This document shows positions 49,611 through 58,694 of a stretch of 64,000 bases of DNA, one piece after another. The translations under genes were made by a program, and so were the position numbers. How positions within the stretch are numbered: position 1 is the first letter of the stretch; each line of letters starts with the position of its first letter. The stretch spans positions 84,164 to 148,163 of IMG/VR virus record IMGVR_UViG_3300028048_000066; one strand, given 5' to 3'. The stretch comes from a virus (lineage: Duplodnaviria > Caudoviricetes). The notes beneath the pieces were generated by a model. That model was not told where the DNA came from and searched no databases. It was given only the letters and a program-made list of their open reading frames with translations.

Positions 49611-50144
49611 ATGCCAGTATGGTTGACAATTATTCTAGCATTAGGAGGTTCAGCACTTATAAGTGGTGTTATTGGTTATATTCTCCAAAGAACCATTTAC
49701 AAGAGAGCAGAAGAAAGAGATAAACTCCAAGCAGAAGAACAAGAAAAAGAATTAAATGAAAAGAAAGAACTTGAATCATTAAGAGATGAAAAGATAAGAC
49801 AAGAAAGAATTGATGATATTAAGTCTATCTTAAAACCTATTAGTGACAAGATTGATAAAATAGACAAGAAATTAGATGCAACAGCAGAAGGAACATTAGC
49901 ATCATTAAGAAATGATATATTAACTCTATATTACAAATGTTGTGAGAAAGGTTATAGAAATGATTATGACTATCAAAATATTCACGAAATGTATGATGCT
50001 TATAAAGAGTTAGATGGTAATTCATTTATATGTGATATTATGAAAAGGTTTGATGAGTTACCAGTTAAAGAAACAACAGTTGCAACAAAAACAGTAGAAA
50101 GAAAAACAAAGAAGCAAATATTAAATGAAAAAATAGGAGATTAA
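49611..50144 (+). CDS. membrane-anchored coiled-coil protein, putative lysis-associated (holin-like)
   Basis: N-terminal TM, coiled coil, LR..I...Y..C..KGY...Y.AY..L.GN motif typical of lysis-module proteins. Confidence 0.6.
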   Translation: MPVWLTIILALGGSALISGVIGYILQRTIYKRAEERDKLQAEEQEKELNEKKELESLRDEKIRQERIDDIKSILKPISDKIDKIDKKLDATAEGTLASLRNDILTLYYKCCEKGYRNDYDYQNIHEMYDAYKELDGNSFICDIMKRFDELPVKETTVATKTVERKTKKQILNEKIGD

Positions 50145-50149
50145 ATTAA

Positions 50150-50656
50150 ATGAGTAAAAGTTATATCCAAAAAATTACTCCATTCATTGATAATATGAGA
50201 GTTAGTAGCAATGGTGGTGAAGAACCAACTCCAACACCTATGAATGCTTTTTATATGGGTCAAGTATTACAAGAAGGTGATATAATTGTATTCAATAGAA
50301 ATGCTGACTGGGATTCTATTTTAACAAACCTTACTTATGAAGGTGGTAGATTTAGTTTCTCAACAAGATACAACCATTGTGGGTGGATAGATGCTTATGA
50401 TTTAAGTGTTTTAACTGGTGGTGGACTTACTGGTTATGCTGTGTCAATGCCAGCATCTCACTTACCAGGTGAAATTGATTTTGTATATTCCACAGTTGAG
50501 TTTGATATGGGTGAGGGAATCACTTGTAAAAAAGGTTGGGCAGATAGTGTAGATACAGAAGGTTATTATGCTATGAAAGAAAGTCAAAATGAAATAGATG
50601 GTTTAGATGAGAGTTTAGATTGGAACGGAACTTTAATAGGAACAAAAGTAGAATAA
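50150..50656 (+). CDS. PFIxNMR-leader family member 5 (remote copy)
   Basis: MSKSYIQKITPFIDNMRV, EEPTPTP linker, WNGTLIG end. Confidence 0.85.
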   Translation: MSKSYIQKITPFIDNMRVSSNGGEEPTPTPMNAFYMGQVLQEGDIIVFNRNADWDSILTNLTYEGGRFSFSTRYNHCGWIDAYDLSVLTGGGLTGYAVSMPASHLPGEIDFVYSTVEFDMGEGITCKKGWADSVDTEGYYAMKESQNEIDGLDESLDWNGTLIGTKVE

Positions 50657-50688
50657 ATAAAAAATAAAAAGAAAGGAGAATATATAAA

Positions 50689-51063
50689 ATGCCACAAGAA
50701 GTATTAAACATTATTTATTCAGTAATTAGTATTATTGCAACAGGAATAGCAAGTCTTATTGTTGCAAAAGTATCACAATGGTTAAATGCTAAAATTAAAG
50801 ATAAGAAATTAGCAGAAGCAATGACACAAATCTTATCAATCGCAGAAAATTGTGTTAAAGAAGTATTCCAAACTTTTGTAGATTCATTAAAGAAAGAAGG
50901 AAAGTTTGATAAAGAAAAACAACAAGAAGCATTTGATAAGTGTAAAGAAAAGATTAAATCACAACTATCTAACACATTAGTTCAATTCATTACAGATAAC
51001 TTTGGTAGTGTAGATAGTTACATTGGAAGTTTGATTGAAAGCACAATTTATAATCTTAAATAA
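50689..51063 (+). CDS. LL-H-type holin-like protein
   Basis: single N-terminal TM; V.QT.V..LKK.GKF...AF...IES.I..LK pattern. Confidence 0.65.
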   Translation: MPQEVLNIIYSVISIIATGIASLIVAKVSQWLNAKIKDKKLAEAMTQILSIAENCVKEVFQTFVDSLKKEGKFDKEKQQEAFDKCKEKIKSQLSNTLVQFITDNFGSVDSYIGSLIESTIYNLK

Positions 51064-51110
51064 TTTAATCAAACTTATAATTTAATAGTGTAGTTTTAGG
51101 AGATTCCTTG

Positions 51111-53117
51111 ATGAACATACCACTAGAAGAAATAATAAAACACAAGAACGAACTCTTAAAATCTTTGAATGAAGATGAAAAAAGGGTAGTTCTTTCTATT
51201 TTACAAGAGTATGAAAATGATGGGTATTCAAAGACCTATAATGATTTGTTATACTCTGATTACAGAGAAATTCCAGTAGATATTGAAACATTCTTAACAG
51301 ATGATAATTATATTGGACTTGCTTGGAAGGATTTAGAGGGTAAGTCTAAGTTATATCCATTTTGGTTAGAACAACTCAAGAAATTATTCCCTGATAACAT
51401 ACATATATCAGCAAACACATTTATAGCATCTGGTGCAAGGGGTCTAGGTAAATCTGAAGTCTGTGTCAATGCTATTATGTGTTATTTGTTATATAGAACG
51501 ATGTGTTTAAAAAATCCTCTTGATTTCTACCACTTAAAACAAACAGACAAGATTGTATTTGCTTTGATGAACATTAAGTTAGAGTTAGCAGAGGAGATTG
51601 CAATCAGTAAATTTCAAAACACTGTAAAACACTCAAAGTGGTTTTTAGACAGGGGATATGTCACAGGAAGAACAACGAAGATATGGCAACCTAATGATGA
51701 ATATAATATAGACATTAAGATAGGTTCTCAAGCAGATGACTTAATTGGTTTGCCTATTTTATTTGCGTTTTTTGATGAAATTTCATTTATGAGAAACCAA
51801 GATATAGACAAGCAAAAGCAAAAGGCAATTGATATGATTGATACTGCTAGAGGCGGTATGATGACCAGATTTGTATTTGGTGGAGTAAATCATTCATTAC
51901 TTTGTTTGGCATCATCTAAGAGAAGCGAGAAGTCATTCCTAGAAGAACACATTAAAGCAAAGTTAAAATCAGAACCAGAAAATGTTATGATTATTGATAG
52001 AGCAGTATGGGATGTAAAACCAGAAGGCACATATAGTAAAGAAAGATTTAATGTTGCTGTAGGTAATAAATTTTTAATGTCACAAGTATTAAATGACAGT
52101 GATGATGTAACTGAGTTTATAAAGAAAGGATACTCAATTATATCACCACCTGTAACATTAAAACCAAATTTTATTGATGATATAGACAGAGCATTGTGTG
52201 ACTTTGCTGGAATTTCATCAACAGAATTAAGTAAATATATTAGTGGTTCAGCAGTTACAGATTGTCTAAATGAAAACAGAAAGAATCCATTTACTAAAGA
52301 TATTATTGAAGTAGGTAATGCTAAAGATGATAAAGCAGAATACAAGGATTTCTTTAATATGGATGTAGTAGATAAGGATTTGATGAGAAAACCTCTGTTT
52401 ATTCACTTGGATATGTCTGTAAGTGGGGATATGACTGGTATTGCTGGAGTGTGGATTAAAGGAAAGAAACCAAGTCAAGATAAAGCAAATCAAAGTAAAG
52501 ACTTATTCTTTGAACTTGCATTCTCTGTAAGTATTAAAGCACCAAAAGGAAGACAGATTAGTTTTGAAAAGAATAGAAACTTTATCAGATGGTTAAAAGA
52601 GCAAGGTTTTAACATTAGAGAGGTAACCTCAGATACATTCCAATCTTATGACTTACAACAACAATTAAGTGCAGAAGGATTCAATTGTTCTATATTGTCA
52701 GTAGATAGAGTTGATTCAGACCACATTTGTAAACCTTATCAATTCTTAAAATCAGTTATATATGAACAAAGAATTGATATGTATGAATCGTCAACACTTA
52801 TAGAGGAATTAGTAAACTTAGAAAGAAACATTAACACAGGTAAAGTTGACCACCCAGAAGGATTTAGAAAGGATATTGCTGATGCTGTGTGTGGTGCTAC
52901 ATTCACTGCAAGTAAGTATGCAGAAGAATATGCTTATGACTATGGTGAAAGTTTAGAACAAGTATTAGAAGTTAATGAAGACAAAGATGTTGCATATATG
53001 AAGCAAATGACTACAGACTTTGAAGAAGAACTTAAAAAAGCATTTGCACATAGACCACAACAATTTAATGAACCACAAAGTGTATATTTGCAGAATAGCG
53101 ATATTTTAGTGTGGTAA
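51111..53117 (+). CDS. terL: terminase large subunit
   Basis: Walker A GARGLGKS, Walker B FAFFDE, nuclease IHLD and DHP....KD.AD; adjacent to portal. Confidence 0.92.
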   Translation: MNIPLEEIIKHKNELLKSLNEDEKRVVLSILQEYENDGYSKTYNDLLYSDYREIPVDIETFLTDDNYIGLAWKDLEGKSKLYPFWLEQLKKLFPDNIHISANTFIASGARGLGKSEVCVNAIMCYLLYRTMCLKNPLDFYHLKQTDKIVFALMNIKLELAEEIAISKFQNTVKHSKWFLDRGYVTGRTTKIWQPNDEYNIDIKIGSQADDLIGLPILFAFFDEISFMRNQDIDKQKQKAIDMIDTARGGMMTRFVFGGVNHSLLCLASSKRSEKSFLEEHIKAKLKSEPENVMIIDRAVWDVKPEGTYSKERFNVAVGNKFLMSQVLNDSDDVTEFIKKGYSIISPPVTLKPNFIDDIDRALCDFAGISSTELSKYISGSAVTDCLNENRKNPFTKDIIEVGNAKDDKAEYKDFFNMDVVDKDLMRKPLFIHLDMSVSGDMTGIAGVWIKGKKPSQDKANQSKDLFFELAFSVSIKAPKGRQISFEKNRNFIRWLKEQGFNIREVTSDTFQSYDLQQQLSAEGFNCSILSVDRVDSDHICKPYQFLKSVIYEQRIDMYESSTLIEELVNLERNINTGKVDHPEGFRKDIADAVCGATFTASKYAEEYAYDYGESLEQVLEVNEDKDVAYMKQMTTDFEEELKKAFAHRPQQFNEPQSVYLQNSDILVW

Positions 53118-53129
53118 ATAGAATATAAA

Positions 53130-53144
53130 TGCTAAATTAAATGA
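53130..53144 (+). promoter_or_regulatory. putative late-promoter motif TGCTAAATTAAATGA
   Basis: exact copy before portal. Confidence 0.8.
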
Positions 53145-53164
53145 TTAAAATAAAGGAGTAAAAT

Positions 53165-55030
53165 ATGCCAACAGCAGATAACAGAAATTTAATAGGAAAG
53201 AAGGCAGAACCGATTCCAGTTCCACAAAAAGAAATTGGTATTGATACTAATAATGTGTTCCAAAATGACATATTAGATGCTGCTGAAGTTAGTGAATTAA
53301 ATTTAAGTACACTACAAAACTTTTCCAATGTTGCACAGACAAGAGAAGAAATTTATACTTTGATTGACACAATGGCACAAGATGATACAATTTCATCTAT
53401 TCTTGAAACCTATGCAGAAGATATTGTAGAATCAAATGATAAAGGTCAAATTGTTTGGTGTGAATCTAGTGATGCAAAAGTATCTGAGTATGTATCATAT
53501 TTATTAGATGTATTAAATGTAGACAAGCACATTTATGACTGGTCTTACAATCTAGTTAAGTATGGTGATTTATATTTAAGATTATACAGAGAAAGTGATT
53601 ATGGTGATGACTTATTGTTTGGTGATGAAAAGAGCAAGAAAAAAGATACTTTGAATGAAGATATTAACTTAAAGGTATCAGAACCAAATGACCACTATGT
53701 ACATTATGTAGAAGAAGTATCTAATCCAGGTGAAATGTTTGAATTAACTAAGTTTGGTAAGACAATGGGTTATATTCAAGCACCAGCAAATGTTCAACAA
53801 CAATATGATAAGAGTTCCTCATTGGATTATATTCTTAACTACAAGATGAGAAAAGGTGATGTTAATGTTTATAGTGCAACTGATTTTGTACACTGTTGCT
53901 TACAAACAAGCAGTAACAGGTCACCTGAAGAAATCTCTATCTTTATGAATCAAGAAGATTTAGAAGCAAATAAAGTAAGTGCTACATATAAAGTAAGAAA
54001 AGGACAATCTTTACTTGCAAATAACTTTAAGATTTGGAGAGAGATGTCATTACTTGAAAATAGTATATTATTAAATAGATTAACAAGAAGTGCTATTGTC
54101 AGAATCCTCAATGTAGATACTGGTGATATGCCAAAAGAACAAGTAAACAATTTCATTTCAAGATTAAAAGAAAGAATTGAGCAAAAGAGTGCAATTAACA
54201 CAGATGTATCATTAACAGAGTACACAAACCCTGGTCCTATTGAAAACATTATTTATGTTCCAACACACGGTACACAAGGCAGCATTACTGCAAGTGTTAT
54301 TGGTGGAGATGGAGTTGATGTAAAAGGATTAAGCGATTTAGATTATTTCCAAAACAAGTTATATGGTGCATTCAGAGTTCCAAAACAATTCTTTGGCAAC
54401 ACAGATGATGGTGCAGGATTCAATGGTGGACAATCATTGGCAATCATTTCATCAAGATATGGTAAAGCAATCAAAAAAATCCAAAACACTATTTGTCAAT
54501 GTATTACTGATGTCATTAACCTTTTCTTATTAGATAAAGGACTTGATAACTATGTAAACAACTTTGTTATTAGAATGCAATCTCCAGTCACACAAGAAGA
54601 GTTAGATAGAAGAGAGAATATGAGAAATAGAGTTGGTGTAATCAACGACATTATGAGTCAAATTGATGGTGTAGTAACAGATGAAGTTCTTAAAGCAAAG
54701 ATATTGAAGTCATTGATGACAAGTGCAGTTTCTGACCCAGATGTAATTGGTTATTTACAAGACCAAATTGATATGTTGGAAGAAGGTGAAGAAGAAGGCG
54801 AAACCAAGAAAGAAGAAGGCGAAGAAGAGGAAGAACCAAAGAGACCAAAACCAATGAGTGACTTTGGTAGTACTGAACCAACATTTAATGAACCTATTGA
54901 AGAACCTGAAACTGAACCAGAGGTAGAAGAACCAACAGAAACTGAGATTGGTGGAGCAGAAGAAACAATTGAAGCACCAGAGGATTCATATTTACCAAGT
55001 CCAGATGAATTAGGGATTTCAATGGTCTAA
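53165..55030 (+). CDS. portal protein (T4 gp20-like) with acidic tail
   Basis: KYGD.Y, LLE..ILLNRL.R, VDTGDMP, D.DYFQ.KLY.A..VPK.F motifs; between terL and protease. Confidence 0.88.
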   Translation: MPTADNRNLIGKKAEPIPVPQKEIGIDTNNVFQNDILDAAEVSELNLSTLQNFSNVAQTREEIYTLIDTMAQDDTISSILETYAEDIVESNDKGQIVWCESSDAKVSEYVSYLLDVLNVDKHIYDWSYNLVKYGDLYLRLYRESDYGDDLLFGDEKSKKKDTLNEDINLKVSEPNDHYVHYVEEVSNPGEMFELTKFGKTMGYIQAPANVQQQYDKSSSLDYILNYKMRKGDVNVYSATDFVHCCLQTSSNRSPEEISIFMNQEDLEANKVSATYKVRKGQSLLANNFKIWREMSLLENSILLNRLTRSAIVRILNVDTGDMPKEQVNNFISRLKERIEQKSAINTDVSLTEYTNPGPIENIIYVPTHGTQGSITASVIGGDGVDVKGLSDLDYFQNKLYGAFRVPKQFFGNTDDGAGFNGGQSLAIISSRYGKAIKKIQNTICQCITDVINLFLLDKGLDNYVNNFVIRMQSPVTQEELDRRENMRNRVGVINDIMSQIDGVVTDEVLKAKILKSLMTSAVSDPDVIGYLQDQIDMLEEGEEEGETKKEEGEEEEEPKRPKPMSDFGSTEPTFNEPIEEPETEPEVEEPTETEIGGAEETIEAPEDSYLPSPDELGISMV

Positions 55031-55056
55031 TAAAATAATGAAAGGAGAGAAAGGAA

Positions 55057-55518
55057 ATGTTACAAAAAAATGATTTAATTTTACTTCTAACTGATTTAGA
55101 AGAAAATGGAATAGATGTATCAAAACAATTAAATGAAGTTATCACTTCTAACTCTATACCTATTGATGTTGTAAGATTCATCAATGAGAACAGACAATTA
55201 GATGTATCTGCTTTCTATGAGAGAATTAGAAAGAACTATAATGACAAGAGAAGTGATTTATATAAGAATATTGTAAAAGAAATAGATGAACCAAAAGAAG
55301 TTATTACAACATTGAGTGCTTTTGTTTTACAAGTAATATTATATAGCAAACACGCAGAAGATGAGCAAATGTTCTTCAAACACATCAGAGCAGAAGAAGT
55401 AACAAGAGTTCTAAACAACTATTATAAAACATACGATATTTCCTCTGCATTAAAGATGTTAAGACTAATAAAATGCGATTTAGTAGCGTTTGAAACTATA
55501 GTTGGAAGAAGAAAATAA
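55057..55518 (+). CDS. hypothetical head-module protein
   Basis: between portal and protease; strong RBS. Confidence 0.8.
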   Translation: MLQKNDLILLLTDLEENGIDVSKQLNEVITSNSIPIDVVRFINENRQLDVSAFYERIRKNYNDKRSDLYKNIVKEIDEPKEVITTLSAFVLQVILYSKHAEDEQMFFKHIRAEEVTRVLNNYYKTYDISSALKMLRLIKCDLVAFETIVGRRK

Positions 55519-55519
55519 G

Positions 55520-55545
55520 AATTTATACAAAATAGTGTATAAATT
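55520..55545. repeat. perfect 10-bp inverted repeat (AATTTATACA-N6-TGTATAAATT) abutting the late motif
   Basis: seen directly; could be an operator or weak terminator. Confidence 0.6.
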
Positions 55546-55548
55546 GAG

Positions 55549-55563
55549 TGCTAAATTAAATGA
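55549..55563 (+). promoter_or_regulatory. putative late-promoter motif TGCTAAATTAAATGA
   Basis: exact copy before protease-capsid operon. Confidence 0.8.
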
Positions 55564-55602
55564 AATAATAGTATATTCTACTTATGGGGGAAATATTATA
55601 GT

Positions 55603-57192
55603 ATGTTAGAAAGTTTTAAAAGCGGTAAATTCTTATATGAGAAGTTATCCAAAGAAGAGCAAGACAAAAGAGGCATTCTAGGAAGACTAGAAGGTCCAAT
55701 TGCTGATTTCAAAAACCCAACAAGAAATGGTAGACTATATTCAGAACCATTATGGGAAAAGGTATTTGAAGACCCTATAATGCAAGAGAAGATTAAGAAT
55801 AGATGTTGCTTTGGTGAGTTAGGACATCCAGAAGATAGACAAGAAGTAGATATGGAGAAAATTGCTATTTGTCTAGCAGAACAACCAAAGAAAGGTGATG
55901 ATGGAAGTCTTTATGGTATATTTGATATTCTTAACACACCTAATGGAAAGATTTTAAAGGCATTATGCGATTATGGTTGCAACATCGGTGTATCTTCAAG
56001 AGGAACAGGCGACTTATATACTGATGATGATGGTAATGAAGCAGTTGACCCAGAAACATATGAATGTGAATGTTGGGATGCAGTTTTAATTCCAGCAGTA
56101 GAAACAGCAAGAATGAATTATGTCACTGAATCTTTAAGTAACAAGAAAACATTAAAGCAAGCATTAAGAGAAAGTTTAGAAAGTGCTAGTGAAGAAGACA
56201 AGAAAGTTATGGAAACAACACTTAATGAACTTGGAATTGATGTAGAAGAAAAACAAGAAGAAATCAAAGAGGAAGTTCAAGAAGAACAACCAGAAGAGCA
56301 AATTGAAGACAACAACACATCTAATGAAGAAGCAGATGTAGTAGATGAGAAAAAGGATGCCAACGATGATGGGTCTAATAAGGTCATTGAAAGTCTAAAA
56401 GAAGCAATCAAGGAAAAGGCACAACTAGAGAAGTCTGTCAAGGAACTTCAAGAGAAGTTAGCAGTTAGTGATACCAAAGTTAATGAACTTAATGAAGAAC
56501 TTAACAAGTACAAAAATGCAACAAGTAGATTAAGTACTTATGCAAAGAGTTCTAGGGACTTAACCAAGAAAGTTTCAGAATTAGAGGGTGAGTTAAATAA
56601 AAAAGATGAACTTATTGAATCTTTAAACAAGAAATGTGATGTCTACAAAAAGAAATCAACATCTTTGAATGAGAACATTTCAAAGCAAGTAAAAGAGTTA
56701 AATTCACAATCTAAGTCCAAAGACAGTGAGATTAAAACACTCAAAGAGGAATTGGAAAAGAAGACTGCTGAATATGATGAAAATACTAAATCTTTGAATG
56801 AGTCTATTAAAGCAAAAGATAATAAGATTCTTGGATTAGAGAAGAAGATAAATGAATCTTTAACTGTAGCAAACAAGTATAAGAAGTTAGCACAAGATAC
56901 AGTAAACAGATACATTGAAAGCAAAGCAACAATGTTAGGTTTAAGTGCAAATGAAATTAAGAACAAACTTAATGAAACTTATACAATTAGTGATATTGAT
57001 AAAGTATGTGAAGATTTGAAATCATACAAACTCAATATGAGCAAATTACCTTTCAATCTTAATGATGGTAAGGTAAGAGTAAAAATTAAAGAGTCTACAA
57101 ATGACCCACTAATGAACAGAGTAAAACCAGGTATTATTGGTGATGATGATGTTGATGAGGGTTTAATTAAGATGGCAGGACTCACAGACTAA
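55603..57192 (+). CDS. prohead (head maturation) protease, T4 gp21-like, fused to coiled-coil scaffold
   Basis: NGRLYS, GELGHP, GVSSRG.G catalytic motifs; about 340-aa coiled-coil C-terminus rich in ESL/LNE. Confidence 0.9.
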   Translation: MLESFKSGKFLYEKLSKEEQDKRGILGRLEGPIADFKNPTRNGRLYSEPLWEKVFEDPIMQEKIKNRCCFGELGHPEDRQEVDMEKIAICLAEQPKKGDDGSLYGIFDILNTPNGKILKALCDYGCNIGVSSRGTGDLYTDDDGNEAVDPETYECECWDAVLIPAVETARMNYVTESLSNKKTLKQALRESLESASEEDKKVMETTLNELGIDVEEKQEEIKEEVQEEQPEEQIEDNNTSNEEADVVDEKKDANDDGSNKVIESLKEAIKEKAQLEKSVKELQEKLAVSDTKVNELNEELNKYKNATSRLSTYAKSSRDLTKKVSELEGELNKKDELIESLNKKCDVYKKKSTSLNENISKQVKELNSQSKSKDSEIKTLKEELEKKTAEYDENTKSLNESIKAKDNKILGLEKKINESLTVANKYKKLAQDTVNRYIESKATMLGLSANEIKNKLNETYTISDIDKVCEDLKSYKLNMSKLPFNLNDGKVRVKIKESTNDPLMNRVKPGIIGDDDVDEGLIKMAGLTD

Positions 57193-57239
57193 CAAACAAA
57201 AATAAAAATAATATAATAAAAAATTTAAAGAGGTACAAA

Positions 57240-58577
57240 ATGAACTTATTAGAAACTTACGCAAAGAGATTAAAGATTTCCGAAAGTGTTTATGCAAAAG
57301 AACACGGAAACGCAACTCTTGACACACACAAGAAATTAGTAGTAGCAAAAGTTTTAGAGAACACAAGCAAGTACTTAAACGAAGCATTCTCTAACTCAGT
57401 CGGTACACAAAGAGCAGACCTTGGTACATTCAAGAAATTCTGTCTTGACTTAACAACAGTTGCTATCCCTAACTTAATCGCAAATGATTTAGTTATCGTA
57501 AAACCAATGGCATCTATCACAGGATACATCCAATATTTGAAGTTCACAGCAGGTTCAAATAAGGGTGGAGTTGCACAAGGCACAGTATTCAATGACCCAT
57601 TCAGACTTGGCAAGATGACAGATGAGAGAGTAAACTACACATCAAGTGCAGTTGCAGAAGTTCTCACAGATGGTCAAACCAAAGTTGCTTGGACACCAGT
57701 TGTTGCTGATTCAGCAAAATTCCTTGATGCAGAAGGCAATGTATTAGAAGGTGGTTCAGTTGCAGCAGATGGTACAATTTCTGATGCACCAGCAGGAGCA
57801 GTAAAAGTTGCATATGTTTATGACAATGTTTACATCCCACAAAATGACCTTCCAATCCTCAATGCAGAAATGGCAGGTATTGCTCTTGAAGCAAAAGCAA
57901 GAAGAATCTCCATTTACTATTCACAAATGGCAGCATTCCAAGCAAAGACAGAAACTGGCACAGATTTAGGTGAAGTTCTTGCAACACAGGCCTGTGCAGA
58001 GTTATCATATGAAATTGATACAGAAGTTGTTAAACTCCTTGATTCTGAAGCAGGTGTAGCAGTTACATCTACAACATTCAACAAGAGAGTACCAACTGGT
58101 GTTTCTAAAGCAGAGCATTATGAAGGTTTTGCAGAAGTTATTGAATCTGCATCACAAATCATTTATGACAGAACACAAAAACACGCAGCAAACTATATGG
58201 TTATTGCTTCTAACATCAAACCAATGCTTTCTCTTATGAGAGGTTGGAAAGCAGCATCTACAGGCAAAATCAATGGTCCTTACTTTGCAGGTACATTAAA
58301 CGGAATCAAAGTTTATGTTTCTCCAGCAATCGCACCATCAAGATTCTTCCTTGGATTCAATGGTGATGACCTTGTAACATCAGCAGCAGTTTATGCACCT
58401 TATATGGCAGTTGTTCCAACTCAATTATTAGGTTTTGCAGATGGCGGAATGAGTCAAGGTTTCTCAACAATGTATGACTTAAAGATGTTGAATGCTGACT
58501 TATTAGTAGCAGGTGCAATCGTTGATGAACCACAACCAGTTGCAGTCGTAGCAATTGACGATTCTTCAAACGCATAA
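57240..58577 (+). CDS. major capsid protein (T4 gp23-like)
   Basis: PNLIA.DL..V.PM...TG, AK.R.., E.S.EID.EV, YAPY motifs; strong codon bias; followed by terminator. Confidence 0.93.
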   Translation: MNLLETYAKRLKISESVYAKEHGNATLDTHKKLVVAKVLENTSKYLNEAFSNSVGTQRADLGTFKKFCLDLTTVAIPNLIANDLVIVKPMASITGYIQYLKFTAGSNKGGVAQGTVFNDPFRLGKMTDERVNYTSSAVAEVLTDGQTKVAWTPVVADSAKFLDAEGNVLEGGSVAADGTISDAPAGAVKVAYVYDNVYIPQNDLPILNAEMAGIALEAKARRISIYYSQMAAFQAKTETGTDLGEVLATQACAELSYEIDTEVVKLLDSEAGVAVTSTTFNKRVPTGVSKAEHYEGFAEVIESASQIIYDRTQKHAANYMVIASNIKPMLSLMRGWKAASTGKINGPYFAGTLNGIKVYVSPAIAPSRFFLGFNGDDLVTSAAVYAPYMAVVPTQLLGFADGGMSQGFSTMYDLKMLNADLLVAGAIVDEPQPVAVVAIDDSSNA

Positions 58578-58603
58578 TTACTAGGTAACTAGAATTTATA
58601 ATA

Positions 58604-58632
58604 AGAGGGACATCCGTAAGGGTGTCCTTTTT
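58604..58632 (+). terminator. intrinsic terminator after capsid gene
   Basis: AGGGACATCC-gtaa-GGGTGTCCTT plus T-run. Confidence 0.9.
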
Positions 58633-58657
58633 AATTTCATTTGTGTATCATAGATAG

Positions 58658-58672
58658 TGCTAAATTAAATGA
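58658..58672 (+). promoter_or_regulatory. putative late-promoter motif TGCTAAATTAAATGA
   Basis: exact copy. Confidence 0.8.
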
Positions 58673-58694
58673 GTAAACTGTATTAAAGGGAAAA

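Noticed and set aside
50139-50153. GATTAAATTAAATGA as another late-promoter copy
   Set aside because: Lacks the GC of the core and its ATG is the start codon of 50150, so it is probably coincidental
51111-58577. Introns/inteins in terminase, portal or capsid genes
   Set aside because: Frames are continuous with expected sizes; no intein or homing-endonuclease motifs seen
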